Positions 26,542 through 35,787 of a DNA stretch of 64,000 nt are shown here, one piece after another. The position numbers were made by a program, and so were the translations under genes. Origin of the DNA: a virus; IMG/VR virus record IMGVR_UViG_3300008120_000016, positions 32,001-96,000 of that record. The stretch is one strand, 5' to 3'. The notes under the pieces were generated by a model, which was not told the origin of the DNA, made no database searches, and saw only the letters and a list, made by a program, of their open reading frames with translations. The stretch's first letter is position 1, and each line of letters opens with the position of its first letter.

Positions 26542-29500
26542 TTAACAAGATAATCTTTTCAAAAACTCTTCAATTTTTTCACCAGATAGTTTTTCAGCAT
26601 CGTATTTCTTTTGAATATCTTGAACTGATTTAACTTTTTCAAATATCACTCTAGCAGAATCAAGATTATTATTTAAATACGAAGCAATTGTATATTCAAT
26701 ACTATCTTTAGAATAATCTGTAATAGAACCAATTTTAGATAAACTTAGGATATCCTTTCTCATACCATTTTCATCACCCCATTTCATAGCTTTATTACTA
26801 TCCAAAGATATAATAATACCTTTAGATGTTACAACATAATCTGTATTTCTGTAATTAATAATATTAGCTTTATTTGCCATTGCCTGGAGATTATCCTTAG
26901 ATACACTCTTTTTAGCAGCAGTTCCTTCTTTTAATGGATTATATATTTGAATTGTGTTATTTTTATTAAACTTAGTTACTATATACACTTCATCTTGATA
27001 CTTAACATATCTACCTGGTTCAATTTCAAAAGTTTTAACTGGTTCATTTTTAACCTCTGTTTTGGATTCAGAAACATATTGTATACCTGTTTTTAAATCA
27101 ACATCTTCTATGTAAATTTCTCCACTCTCTTTATCAGTTAAATAATACAAACCATTGTCTTGTAATAACCATTTCGATGTCTGAGGAGCATTTTCTCTTC
27201 TACCTGTAACAGGATTATAAAATACTTTAAACTTAGTTGCACTTGTAAAGAATTCTTTAGGAGCAACGTTGTTTGACTTTGATAAATATGTTTTATAAGC
27301 AGCTACATCGTCATCACTTATAACCTTTACACCTTTACCAGATGGTTTAGCAATAGGGGTAGTAGATTTAATTGCTGGTTTAGAACCTTCTAATTGTTTT
27401 TCTAATTCGTTTATTTCATCACTTGTATAATCTAAAATTACCTTAGAAAGTTTATCAAAAGCATATTTAAACTCAGAATCTACTTTAAATACTTTTTCAC
27501 CTTTCTTTCTTGATCCTATATAAATTTCATTTTCTTCTTTGTCGTACATAAAAAGATCATCCCCTGTAGGTTTAGGAAAAACATCCATTTCACCAGCACC
27601 AGTTCCAAAAGGAACATAATAAAACTGACCTTCTACATTTAATAAACCTTTAGAAACTTTTTTACCTCCAATAGCTGTAATAAATTGGTCTACTCCTTCT
27701 TTACCTTTTAATATGACAACGTCAGCAGGTTTGGTTCTTTTCATTGCTTTATCAGATATGCCAGGTAATCTACCATGTCCGTAGATAGAATATGTAGCTC
27801 CTATTTCATTTAAATAATCAATAAATGGAGTATCTACACCTTCCATATCACCTACTATAAAAGTATAATCTCCTGCATCGTGTACCTTTTTAATAGCAAA
27901 TTTTGTATCTTCTTCTAAAGGTTTTCCTTTTAAAGTACCATTTCTAGCTAACATAACATGACCTCTTTCACTATCACTAAAAACATAAATAGTTTTTTCA
28001 CTATTGGGTGTTTTTTGAACTTTCCAATCTATAGGTTTTCCTTGACGATCATTAGGTAATTCTTTTTTCCATCTCGCAAGTATTTCTTTTGCTGATGTAT
28101 GAGTAGAACTTTTTCCATTATAATCTGTGACCTCACCAATAAAGAATTTTGCATCTTTTCTCATAGCTACATCAGCATCTGTACCACGTGAAGCACTTGG
28201 ACGATTCCATTTAAATACTTTTACTTCAGATAATCCTGGAGAACTTTCATCTCTTATACTTTTACCAGGCTTATCTTTTATTCTTTCATTAATTAAATCA
28301 ACAAGTACGTGTGCATGACTTCTATAGCCTGCTTTAAAGTATACAAAAGTTTTATTATCAAGTCTTCCTGAATCAATTACCCCAAGTATCCAATCTCTTC
28401 TTTCAGGTTGCACATCAAAAAAGTCTTCTTTTCTCAACCACTTTTCATAATTATTAGCAGCTTCTATAATACCATCCATTCCATCTTGAACAGTTTTAAT
28501 AGAACCTTGAAATCCTTTTTCACTCCAAGGATTTCCAAAATGTAAATTTTCATCTACACCTGGAATATCATCACCGGGATTAGGTCTCATTGAATAAATA
28601 CCTTCCTTACGTCTAGCTGCTTGTTTAGTTTCAAAAGTACCAGCTTTAATTACTAATCTTGTTTGATTACCCAAAGGTGTCATAACATTTCCTGGTTGTG
28701 CAGAAGATGTTTGTGTAATAATCTTTTTAAAATCAAGTTTATACTTACGAGTGTACCATTTACCAAGACTACTTTTATCTCCGGTTAATGTATCTTTTGA
28801 AATTCCAGTGTAGAATATAGGATTATTTGAACGAAACATGCTCCAAAAATGTTTATAGACATCACTTTTTTGTTTCGTACCAAAATCAGCTATTAAATTC
28901 TGATAACTTTCAAAGGCATATCCGTATAATTTATTAATTATTTGAATAGGTGCTACCGATGTATAACTTACATCAGAAGTATTCATGCCAGATTGAAAAA
29001 TTGAATATAAAGCAAGATCTTTAAAAAAACTAACTACTAATCTATCTATATCATCTTTAGGTTCAATATTTACCAAACTTTCAAACTGACTAATAATACT
29101 TTGTTTTTCTATTGGGTTAGAACTATTTTCAACTAATTTAAAAGTATTTAATCGATTATTATTCTCTCCTATTTGTAATACTATATTTTTAATAAAAGGA
29201 TATCTTTCAGCTAATGAATTAAAAGCTAAAACGTCAGCACCAGAAACATTGTCTTTTATTTTTCTAGTTTTTAATTCATACCAATTATCAACCATTTTAG
29301 TAGTAGTAACTAATTCTAATAAATACTCATTTAAATCTTTATCAGTATTAAATGTTTCTTTAAAAAATTTAGTACCTTCTTCAGATTTGTCTAAGCCATT
29401 TTGTAACAAGTAATTAGCAAAATCATTTTTTGCAGTTCGTGCTACTTTTGACATATCATCTTGAGAAATAATCTGTTTATTATCACGACTATCTCTCATT

Positions 29501-32500
29501 AAAGTTATTTCATTTAAAAGAAACTCATTAAAATCTTCATCATTTCTTATTGGAAATAACTCACTAAGAATTGATTTAATATCATCTCCAACATCTAAAG
29601 GACTAATAATACTATTCTTTTTAATATTTATTAAAGTTTCACTGCTTAAAATGTTTAAATTAAAGTCCACTGATCTTTCATACTCATCGTTTTTAGCATA
29701 AACTTCAAATGAACTTTTATAAGGATTTGTATCAAAATCTAAAAATCTTTGTGCTTCTGTCATACTGTTAGACTGCTCTCTTAAATTTAATAATTCTAAG
29801 AGCATAGACAGCTGTATAATTTTTCCTTTATCAGTTAATGTTGATATATCAAAATCAATTTCACCATTGTCTTCTCCTTTTTGAATACCTTTATACAACA
29901 TTTCTTCTGTAAAAAACTGATCGTAAGATCCATTTACAAAACTTATATTTCTTTCTAATGTTTTTTCTATTGCTTTTTTACTAGTATCTTGTTGAGCAAA
30001 TCCAAGTTCTAACAATGTTCTTTTTAAAGCTAATTGTCTTGAACCTTCATCTCCATCATAATTAAGCTGAGTATGAAGATTTTGATACATCGACAGGTTC
30101 TTAATGTATGTTCTAATGGCAGGTTGATTAACAAAATATAATATCTTTTTAGAAGACATCCCAGCATATTTCATATAAAATATAATAGGACTTAATTCTG
30201 TTACAACATTAGCTGCAAAAACATAATCATCTCTAGCAACATCTACAAAAGCATTAATAAACTCACTAAAAAACTCTGATTTTAATTGATTGTCTTCGTC
30301 AAATATGCTTGCAAAATTTATGTTTTCAATTAAACCTTTTGAATTTTTTTCAATGTAATTTGAATTAAAAAATGTTTTAATTTGACTTGAATTGAAAAAA
30401 TGAGAATTACCTTCTGCATTAGCAAGTTGAAACATTACATTAAAGGTATTTGCTTTAGCTGCAATACCTAAATCACTTTTACCTTTGAGAAGTGATATGA
30501 ATTTTCTTAAGTTTTTTTCTCGATCAAGAATATCTGAATTCTTATAATCTGTTTTAGGTCTATCTTTTCCTTCTTCCTTTCTACCAAGTTTCTCAAATAT
30601 TTCATCTATTATAGGTAATATGTGATAATTTTCTGATGGAGTTACTAGTTCCATGTAGTTAGCAGGATGTAAAATAATATCAGCCATTACATCATAAAGC
30701 TTATTTTGTATATTACCTTTTATGTGATTGTATTTATATAATCTATTATGAACTACTTCAATTTCTTTTGTAATATCATTATAAATACCATCAATATATT
30801 CTTTGTTCTGATCACGAACTAGTTTTAAATATTCTGTCTCAGAATTAAATAAATTTTCTATTGAATTTACAAGTGTTTCTAAACCTTGTTTTCTTGTGTC
30901 GACCCAAAGCATAGGATTAAATACATTAAGATTATTATCTTCCATGTATTTTTCATATTCTCCTATATCAAAAGTGATATTAGAACGAATTAAATTTTGT
31001 AATACACTATCTGGATGATCATTGTTTTCAGCTGTTCTTGATAATGCTGATTTCATATTATCTGCAGCCTCAGCATCCATTACAGCAATAATTGTCTGAA
31101 CTCTTCTTAATAAACGATTAAGTTTATCTCGTGTTTGAGTATCTTTTCTTAAAGCTTTTCTATATGTACGTTCTAAATCTTTATACTCTTGAAGCAAATC
31201 ATTGACGGTAGTTCTTCTTGCTAGTTTTAAATAACTCAAATCAGCAACAGCTTCTGCTTTTTTATCTTGTATGTTTTCTTGTAAAATAGAATCATTATAT
31301 TCAAAATTGATATAATTACCATTTTTATCCAGATTAGGATAGAACACAAACATCTTATCAATATCAAAGTCAGATCCGGATTTAATAACCACTTCAGATG
31401 GCATAATAATAGCATCACCTACACTAGCCGGTAAAAATTCTTTTACCATCATTACATCTAAAAAGTTTCTACCTTGTGTTGGAATCCTATAAGCAATCAT
31501 AGTAATTGCTTTTTCATTTTCTGCTCTCCAAGCATCATCTCGTATAGCTTGATTTAATCTCTCTCTTGTTCCAATTTTTGAACCATTCCAGTTAAGATTT
31601 AATAAATTTAACCATTGACCAGTGAGAGCTATTTTGACATCCATTTTACCAACAATAACATTATTTGCTATTTGTTGAACATCATAGTAATTTAATTCAG
31701 AATTACCATATGTCTCAACAGCTTTTTTACTATCATCCTTATTAAATATTGTAGGTTCTGATCCTGTAATAGCCATCTGAACTAACATAGATCCGTTAGT
31801 CTTATATCTTACTACTCTATTATTAATAGCAGATATAATTATTCCTTCAATAACTTGAGCTTGTACTGCAGCATCTAATGGAATTTCAAACTTACCTGTT
31901 GTTTCATTATATGAAAGAGCCTTTTTTACATTGCTGTCTTGATTCTTTTTATCTATCTCTTTAAAAAAGTATTCAACTAATTTATTTAAATCATTAACTT
32001 GTAACTTATCACCAACTTTCTTAATACCCATTTCATCGTATATGGCAGTTTTTTCTAACTTAGCCAAATGATCCATATACTTAATATACTTATCTCTATA
32101 TTCAACAAACTCTGGTCTATCTAAATTCATTAATATAAGCTTACGAATTTGAGAACCAAACGTAGCATGATCATGAATTTCAGAATGTATAGCCACCTGT
32201 TCTTTAAAACTATCAAAGTATAATTCCTGTTCAGACATGAATTTATCTAAAGGATTAAACTTATTAATTTTTCTTACCGTAGGGTTTTTAGGATCAAACT
32301 CACTGTAAAATTCATCTAGCTCAGAAGGTGTTTCAACTTTACTTCCACTTTTAAATTTAACATAACCAATACCGTTAAACTCCATTTTTTTAGCTAAGTA
32401 ATAATCAGCTGTTCTAACACCATCACGTTTAACTACAGTTGGTATAAGAGGTTGCAATGAAAACTTATCAAATATGGGAACTTTTTGATTATATTCCTCA

Positions 32501-35500
32501 CCATCTATCTCTCTAGAATAGTTTTGTGTTCCTGCATATTGGAACTTTTTTGGAGGAAAGTAAACTGGTGCAGTTGAATCATAACCTACAGCATCTCTCA
32601 AAGCAATATATTCTGCTTTAAGTACAGGGTCTGTTTCTTCATCAGCAAGCTCATCATAATGATCGTATTCAACAATTTTTCTATAAGTTTCTTCATGCTC
32701 ATCAAACCATTGTCCAGTTAATATACTCATGATTCTATAAAAATCAAATGTACATTTACCTTGACCATCTGCTTCTGTACCTTCGTATTTATCCTTAATA
32801 GTTTTTTTAAGATTCTTTTCATAAAGTTCTTTCATTTCGGGTGATATAAAATCACCTGGAACAGATTCAATTTTAGATATATTTTCTAAAATTTTATCAG
32901 CATGAATTGATCTAAAGTTAACATCTTTTAAAACAGCAGATCTATACGACTTATTTTTACTAAGCATTTGTTTAGAAAGAGCTTGTCGTCTTTGCTCTTC
33001 TGTAATTTTTCCTTGTAAAAACAATCTTTCTATAAGTCTTCTACCTGTTAAATTGTTAGAACCTCCCAGTCCTTGATTATCATCCCACTTGTTTAAATGA
33101 TCAATAATCTCATTGTCTATAAATGTAAATATACCTGTAGCAGAATCTTTAGATGCACGTTTATGAAAATCTTTAAAATAAATAGCATCACCAAAAAATA
33201 CTTTCATTTGATCTAAATCAGTAATAAAAGTATTTGCAACAAAAGAATAAATAATATCTTTTAGATTAATATCTTTATTTCCTGTATTGACAATATCTTG
33301 TGTTGTTAAACCTACTTTATTTTTATAAGTATTAAGCTTCTTTAATAATTTATTAGCATTGTTTGTAAAATATGTATTAAAATCTTTTATTAACTCGTTA
33401 ATAAATTTTTCATTTGCTGTTTTATCAAATAAAATATCAAGTTTATTTATACTACTATCTGAACTATCTGCAGCTTTTTTAACCTTGTCACTTAAGTATT
33501 TTTTATTTTTATCTGATATTATTGAATCAAATAAACCAAACACTGGTTTTTTATTTTTATCATAAAAAGCATTTTCAGACATCAATAAACCACTTTGAAT
33601 TAAATCTCCATTAGAATCAAATTGTGATTTATAGAATCCTTTTTCATATAAATATCTAACACTAACTATATCTTTCAATGCATTAAGCAGTGATTGATTA
33701 AAAAGATCTGTGTTAAAAATATTTGATGTAGTATCTGAACCTAGTGGTCTTCCGTGCTTAATAGGAACTCCATTAACTATATCAATACCATAATTTAATG
33801 ATAGACCTAAATCAGTTGACTTATCACCAAGCCTCATTACACCACTATAATGTCTTTTATTATTTGAGTTAAAAGCATGTATATCTAACAAAAGTTTATC
33901 TATTTCATTCAATCCTGTTGTTGAAATACCTTCTTTCTCAAAACTGTCAAGAAGTTTCATTTGTAAACCACCTGTATTCAAAACCCCTATAGATACAGGT
34001 GTGCCCCCGATAGTCTTAGCTTGATCTTTAGTAATATATTCATCACCTTTTTTAGTTACATATCTTCTTTTTCCAAATCGTTCATCAGATGGATTAAAGA
34101 AAAATAAACTATTTAAGTAATAACTATTTGCAATACTAGGATTTTTACGCGGATCTAACCAAAACATTGAAGGCTCACTTTGAATAATGCTAAATAAATC
34201 TTCATACATTTCTGGATCAGACAAGTATTTTGCTAATACTGTAAAACCATTATGTAATTGCAACGCATGTATTCTAGTTCCCTCAGCACTTATTGAACTC
34301 TTTTCTACATTATATTCTGGATTATTTTTTAGTTCTTCCTCTATTAATCTTTGTATAGCAGCACTTTGACCACCTGCTAATTTACCATTTACAACTTTTG
34401 GATTACTTATATTCTTTTGAATATCTTTAATCGGATTTAAAACAAAAGCTTTATTGTCTAATATTTGTGATAGATGTCTAACTATAAATCCAAAACTATC
34501 TTTTAAATAACTACCATTGGTTAAAAATTCTTCTGTTTTAGGAGAAAATTCAAATCCTAAACCTTTTAAGAATTCTACCTTTCTTCTTTTCTTTTCAAAA
34601 TCTGTTATATTATCAGCATTTAGAAAATCATTTATTTTTTTAATATCATTTGGTAATAACATCCAAACTCCATCTTCTCTTGATGCCAACTGAATAACTT
34701 GATTAGTAGCTGGATCAGCTAAAACTTCTATGCCTTTAATTGAAAAATTAGAACTTATTTTTCTTTCGTATGCACTACTCTTACCTGAAGCAGCTTCAGT
34801 AATAATAAAATTATTTCTGCTGCCATCACCTTTATTCTGTCTTTCAATAGATGTAATATATATAGGTACAAATGCTTTTACAAATGAGTTTCTAAATTTA
34901 ATTCTAAAATTTAATTCCTCAGCTGTAAGATTTTGTCCAGTTTGCTGTAGTTTATCCAACAAATAAGAATACTCAGGAACTTTATCTAGATTTTTATTTA
35001 ATTTAGAAATAATTTCAGTTAAGCCCGTCGAGTTTTCTAAATCGTTAAACAACTTACGAATAAAATCAGAATAATTTATAGACATAGTATATCCATAATC
35101 ATCATACAAATCTTCATTTGCTGATGGGATACTTCTAATAAATAATTCAACTGATTTATCAATATCATCTACAGGATCAATCTCATTAGCTGGTTGATCA
35201 AAAACCATTTTAGCAATTGCAGCATCGTCATCAGCTACAGTTGATAAATCAACTAACCCGTCTTCATCTAATTTAAACTTTGATCGAACTCTAAATATAT
35301 CACTATAGATCAAAAAGTTAGGAGTAATTTGATCCCATAAACTAATTATACCTTGCAAATTACCTGCAAACTTTTTATAAAGTTCTTCTGATGATTCATC
35401 ATTATATTCATTTTTTGAAATAGCTGCTTTTTCAATATAATCAGCAACAAGGTTAGGAATAATAGAAGTTTTAACAGTTTCAAATAAATGAACCATTTGA

Positions 35501-35787
35501 GCTACTCTATATGCTTCTTTACCAATACGATTTAAATCGTCTGTATTAGATGCGGTTATTAGCATTGTGGCTAACTTACCTCCAACCAAATCACTTAATT
35601 GTTGTCTTGTATATTCACCACTACGAATTTTTTCAAATACCTCAATAGACTCAGGTGTTTTAGGTTGTTGAGATATTTTATAAAAATCCATTCCTTTCAT
35701 TTCGAGTGCACGAAATAAAAAATATTCAAGCTTATTAATAATTAATGGGAGCTTTTCTACTTTTAATTTGACTGGACAGTTCGACAT
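26542..35787 (-). CDS. Virion-packaged single-chain two-barrel RNA polymerase (crAss-like vRNAP), 3081 aa
   Basis: ADGQG, KFSLQPLIP, YRIPTQG and catalytic GSDFDIDK (31354-31377), the DxDxD variant known from the phi14:2 gp66 family; accessory C-terminal domains. Confidence 0.9.
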   Translation of the reverse strand: MSNCPVKLKVEKLPLIINKLEYFLFRALEMKGMDFYKISQQPKTPESIEVFEKIRSGEYTRQQLSDLVGGKLATMLITASNTDDLNRIGKEAYRVAQMVHLFETVKTSIIPNLVADYIEKAAISKNEYNDESSEELYKKFAGNLQGIISLWDQITPNFLIYSDIFRVRSKFKLDEDGLVDLSTVADDDAAIAKMVFDQPANEIDPVDDIDKSVELFIRSIPSANEDLYDDYGYTMSINYSDFIRKLFNDLENSTGLTEIISKLNKNLDKVPEYSYLLDKLQQTGQNLTAEELNFRIKFRNSFVKAFVPIYITSIERQNKGDGSRNNFIITEAASGKSSAYERKISSNFSIKGIEVLADPATNQVIQLASREDGVWMLLPNDIKKINDFLNADNITDFEKKRRKVEFLKGLGFEFSPKTEEFLTNGSYLKDSFGFIVRHLSQILDNKAFVLNPIKDIQKNISNPKVVNGKLAGGQSAAIQRLIEEELKNNPEYNVEKSSISAEGTRIHALQLHNGFTVLAKYLSDPEMYEDLFSIIQSEPSMFWLDPRKNPSIANSYYLNSLFFFNPSDERFGKRRYVTKKGDEYITKDQAKTIGGTPVSIGVLNTGGLQMKLLDSFEKEGISTTGLNEIDKLLLDIHAFNSNNKRHYSGVMRLGDKSTDLGLSLNYGIDIVNGVPIKHGRPLGSDTTSNIFNTDLFNQSLLNALKDIVSVRYLYEKGFYKSQFDSNGDLIQSGLLMSENAFYDKNKKPVFGLFDSIISDKNKKYLSDKVKKAADSSDSSINKLDILFDKTANEKFINELIKDFNTYFTNNANKLLKKLNTYKNKVGLTTQDIVNTGNKDINLKDIIYSFVANTFITDLDQMKVFFGDAIYFKDFHKRASKDSATGIFTFIDNEIIDHLNKWDDNQGLGGSNNLTGRRLIERLFLQGKITEEQRRQALSKQMLSKNKSYRSAVLKDVNFRSIHADKILENISKIESVPGDFISPEMKELYEKNLKKTIKDKYEGTEADGQGKCTFDFYRIMSILTGQWFDEHEETYRKIVEYDHYDELADEETDPVLKAEYIALRDAVGYDSTAPVYFPPKKFQYAGTQNYSREIDGEEYNQKVPIFDKFSLQPLIPTVVKRDGVRTADYYLAKKMEFNGIGYVKFKSGSKVETPSELDEFYSEFDPKNPTVRKINKFNPLDKFMSEQELYFDSFKEQVAIHSEIHDHATFGSQIRKLILMNLDRPEFVEYRDKYIKYMDHLAKLEKTAIYDEMGIKKVGDKLQVNDLNKLVEYFFKEIDKKNQDSNVKKALSYNETTGKFEIPLDAAVQAQVIEGIIISAINNRVVRYKTNGSMLVQMAITGSEPTIFNKDDSKKAVETYGNSELNYYDVQQIANNVIVGKMDVKIALTGQWLNLLNLNWNGSKIGTRERLNQAIRDDAWRAENEKAITMIAYRIPTQGRNFLDVMMVKEFLPASVGDAIIMPSEVVIKSGSDFDIDKMFVFYPNLDKNGNYINFEYNDSILQENIQDKKAEAVADLSYLKLARRTTVNDLLQEYKDLERTYRKALRKDTQTRDKLNRLLRRVQTIIAVMDAEAADNMKSALSRTAENNDHPDSVLQNLIRSNITFDIGEYEKYMEDNNLNVFNPMLWVDTRKQGLETLVNSIENLFNSETEYLKLVRDQNKEYIDGIYNDITKEIEVVHNRLYKYNHIKGNIQNKLYDVMADIILHPANYMELVTPSENYHILPIIDEIFEKLGRKEEGKDRPKTDYKNSDILDREKNLRKFISLLKGKSDLGIAAKANTFNVMFQLANAEGNSHFFNSSQIKTFFNSNYIEKNSKGLIENINFASIFDEDNQLKSEFFSEFINAFVDVARDDYVFAANVVTELSPIIFYMKYAGMSSKKILYFVNQPAIRTYIKNLSMYQNLHTQLNYDGDEGSRQLALKRTLLELGFAQQDTSKKAIEKTLERNISFVNGSYDQFFTEEMLYKGIQKGEDNGEIDFDISTLTDKGKIIQLSMLLELLNLREQSNSMTEAQRFLDFDTNPYKSSFEVYAKNDEYERSVDFNLNILSSETLINIKKNSIISPLDVGDDIKSILSELFPIRNDEDFNEFLLNEITLMRDSRDNKQIISQDDMSKVARTAKNDFANYLLQNGLDKSEEGTKFFKETFNTDKDLNEYLLELVTTTKMVDNWYELKTRKIKDNVSGADVLAFNSLAERYPFIKNIVLQIGENNNRLNTFKLVENSSNPIEKQSIISQFESLVNIEPKDDIDRLVVSFFKDLALYSIFQSGMNTSDVSYTSVAPIQIINKLYGYAFESYQNLIADFGTKQKSDVYKHFWSMFRSNNPIFYTGISKDTLTGDKSSLGKWYTRKYKLDFKKIITQTSSAQPGNVMTPLGNQTRLVIKAGTFETKQAARRKEGIYSMRPNPGDDIPGVDENLHFGNPWSEKGFQGSIKTVQDGMDGIIEAANNYEKWLRKEDFFDVQPERRDWILGVIDSGRLDNKTFVYFKAGYRSHAHVLVDLINERIKDKPGKSIRDESSPGLSEVKVFKWNRPSASRGTDADVAMRKDAKFFIGEVTDYNGKSSTHTSAKEILARWKKELPNDRQGKPIDWKVQKTPNSEKTIYVFSDSERGHVMLARNGTLKGKPLEEDTKFAIKKVHDAGDYTFIVGDMEGVDTPFIDYLNEIGATYSIYGHGRLPGISDKAMKRTKPADVVILKGKEGVDQFITAIGGKKVSKGLLNVEGQFYYVPFGTGAGEMDVFPKPTGDDLFMYDKEENEIYIGSRKKGEKVFKVDSEFKYAFDKLSKVILDYTSDEINELEKQLEGSKPAIKSTTPIAKPSGKGVKVISDDDVAAYKTYLSKSNNVAPKEFFTSATKFKVFYNPVTGRRENAPQTSKWLLQDNGLYYLTDKESGEIYIEDVDLKTGIQYVSESKTEVKNEPVKTFEIEPGRYVKYQDEVYIVTKFNKNNTIQIYNPLKEGTAAKKSVSKDNLQAMANKANIINYRNTDYVVTSKGIIISLDSNKAMKWGDENGMRKDILSLSKIGSITDYSKDSIEYTIASYLNNNLDSARVIFEKVKSVQDIQKKYDAEKLSGEKIEEFLKRLSC

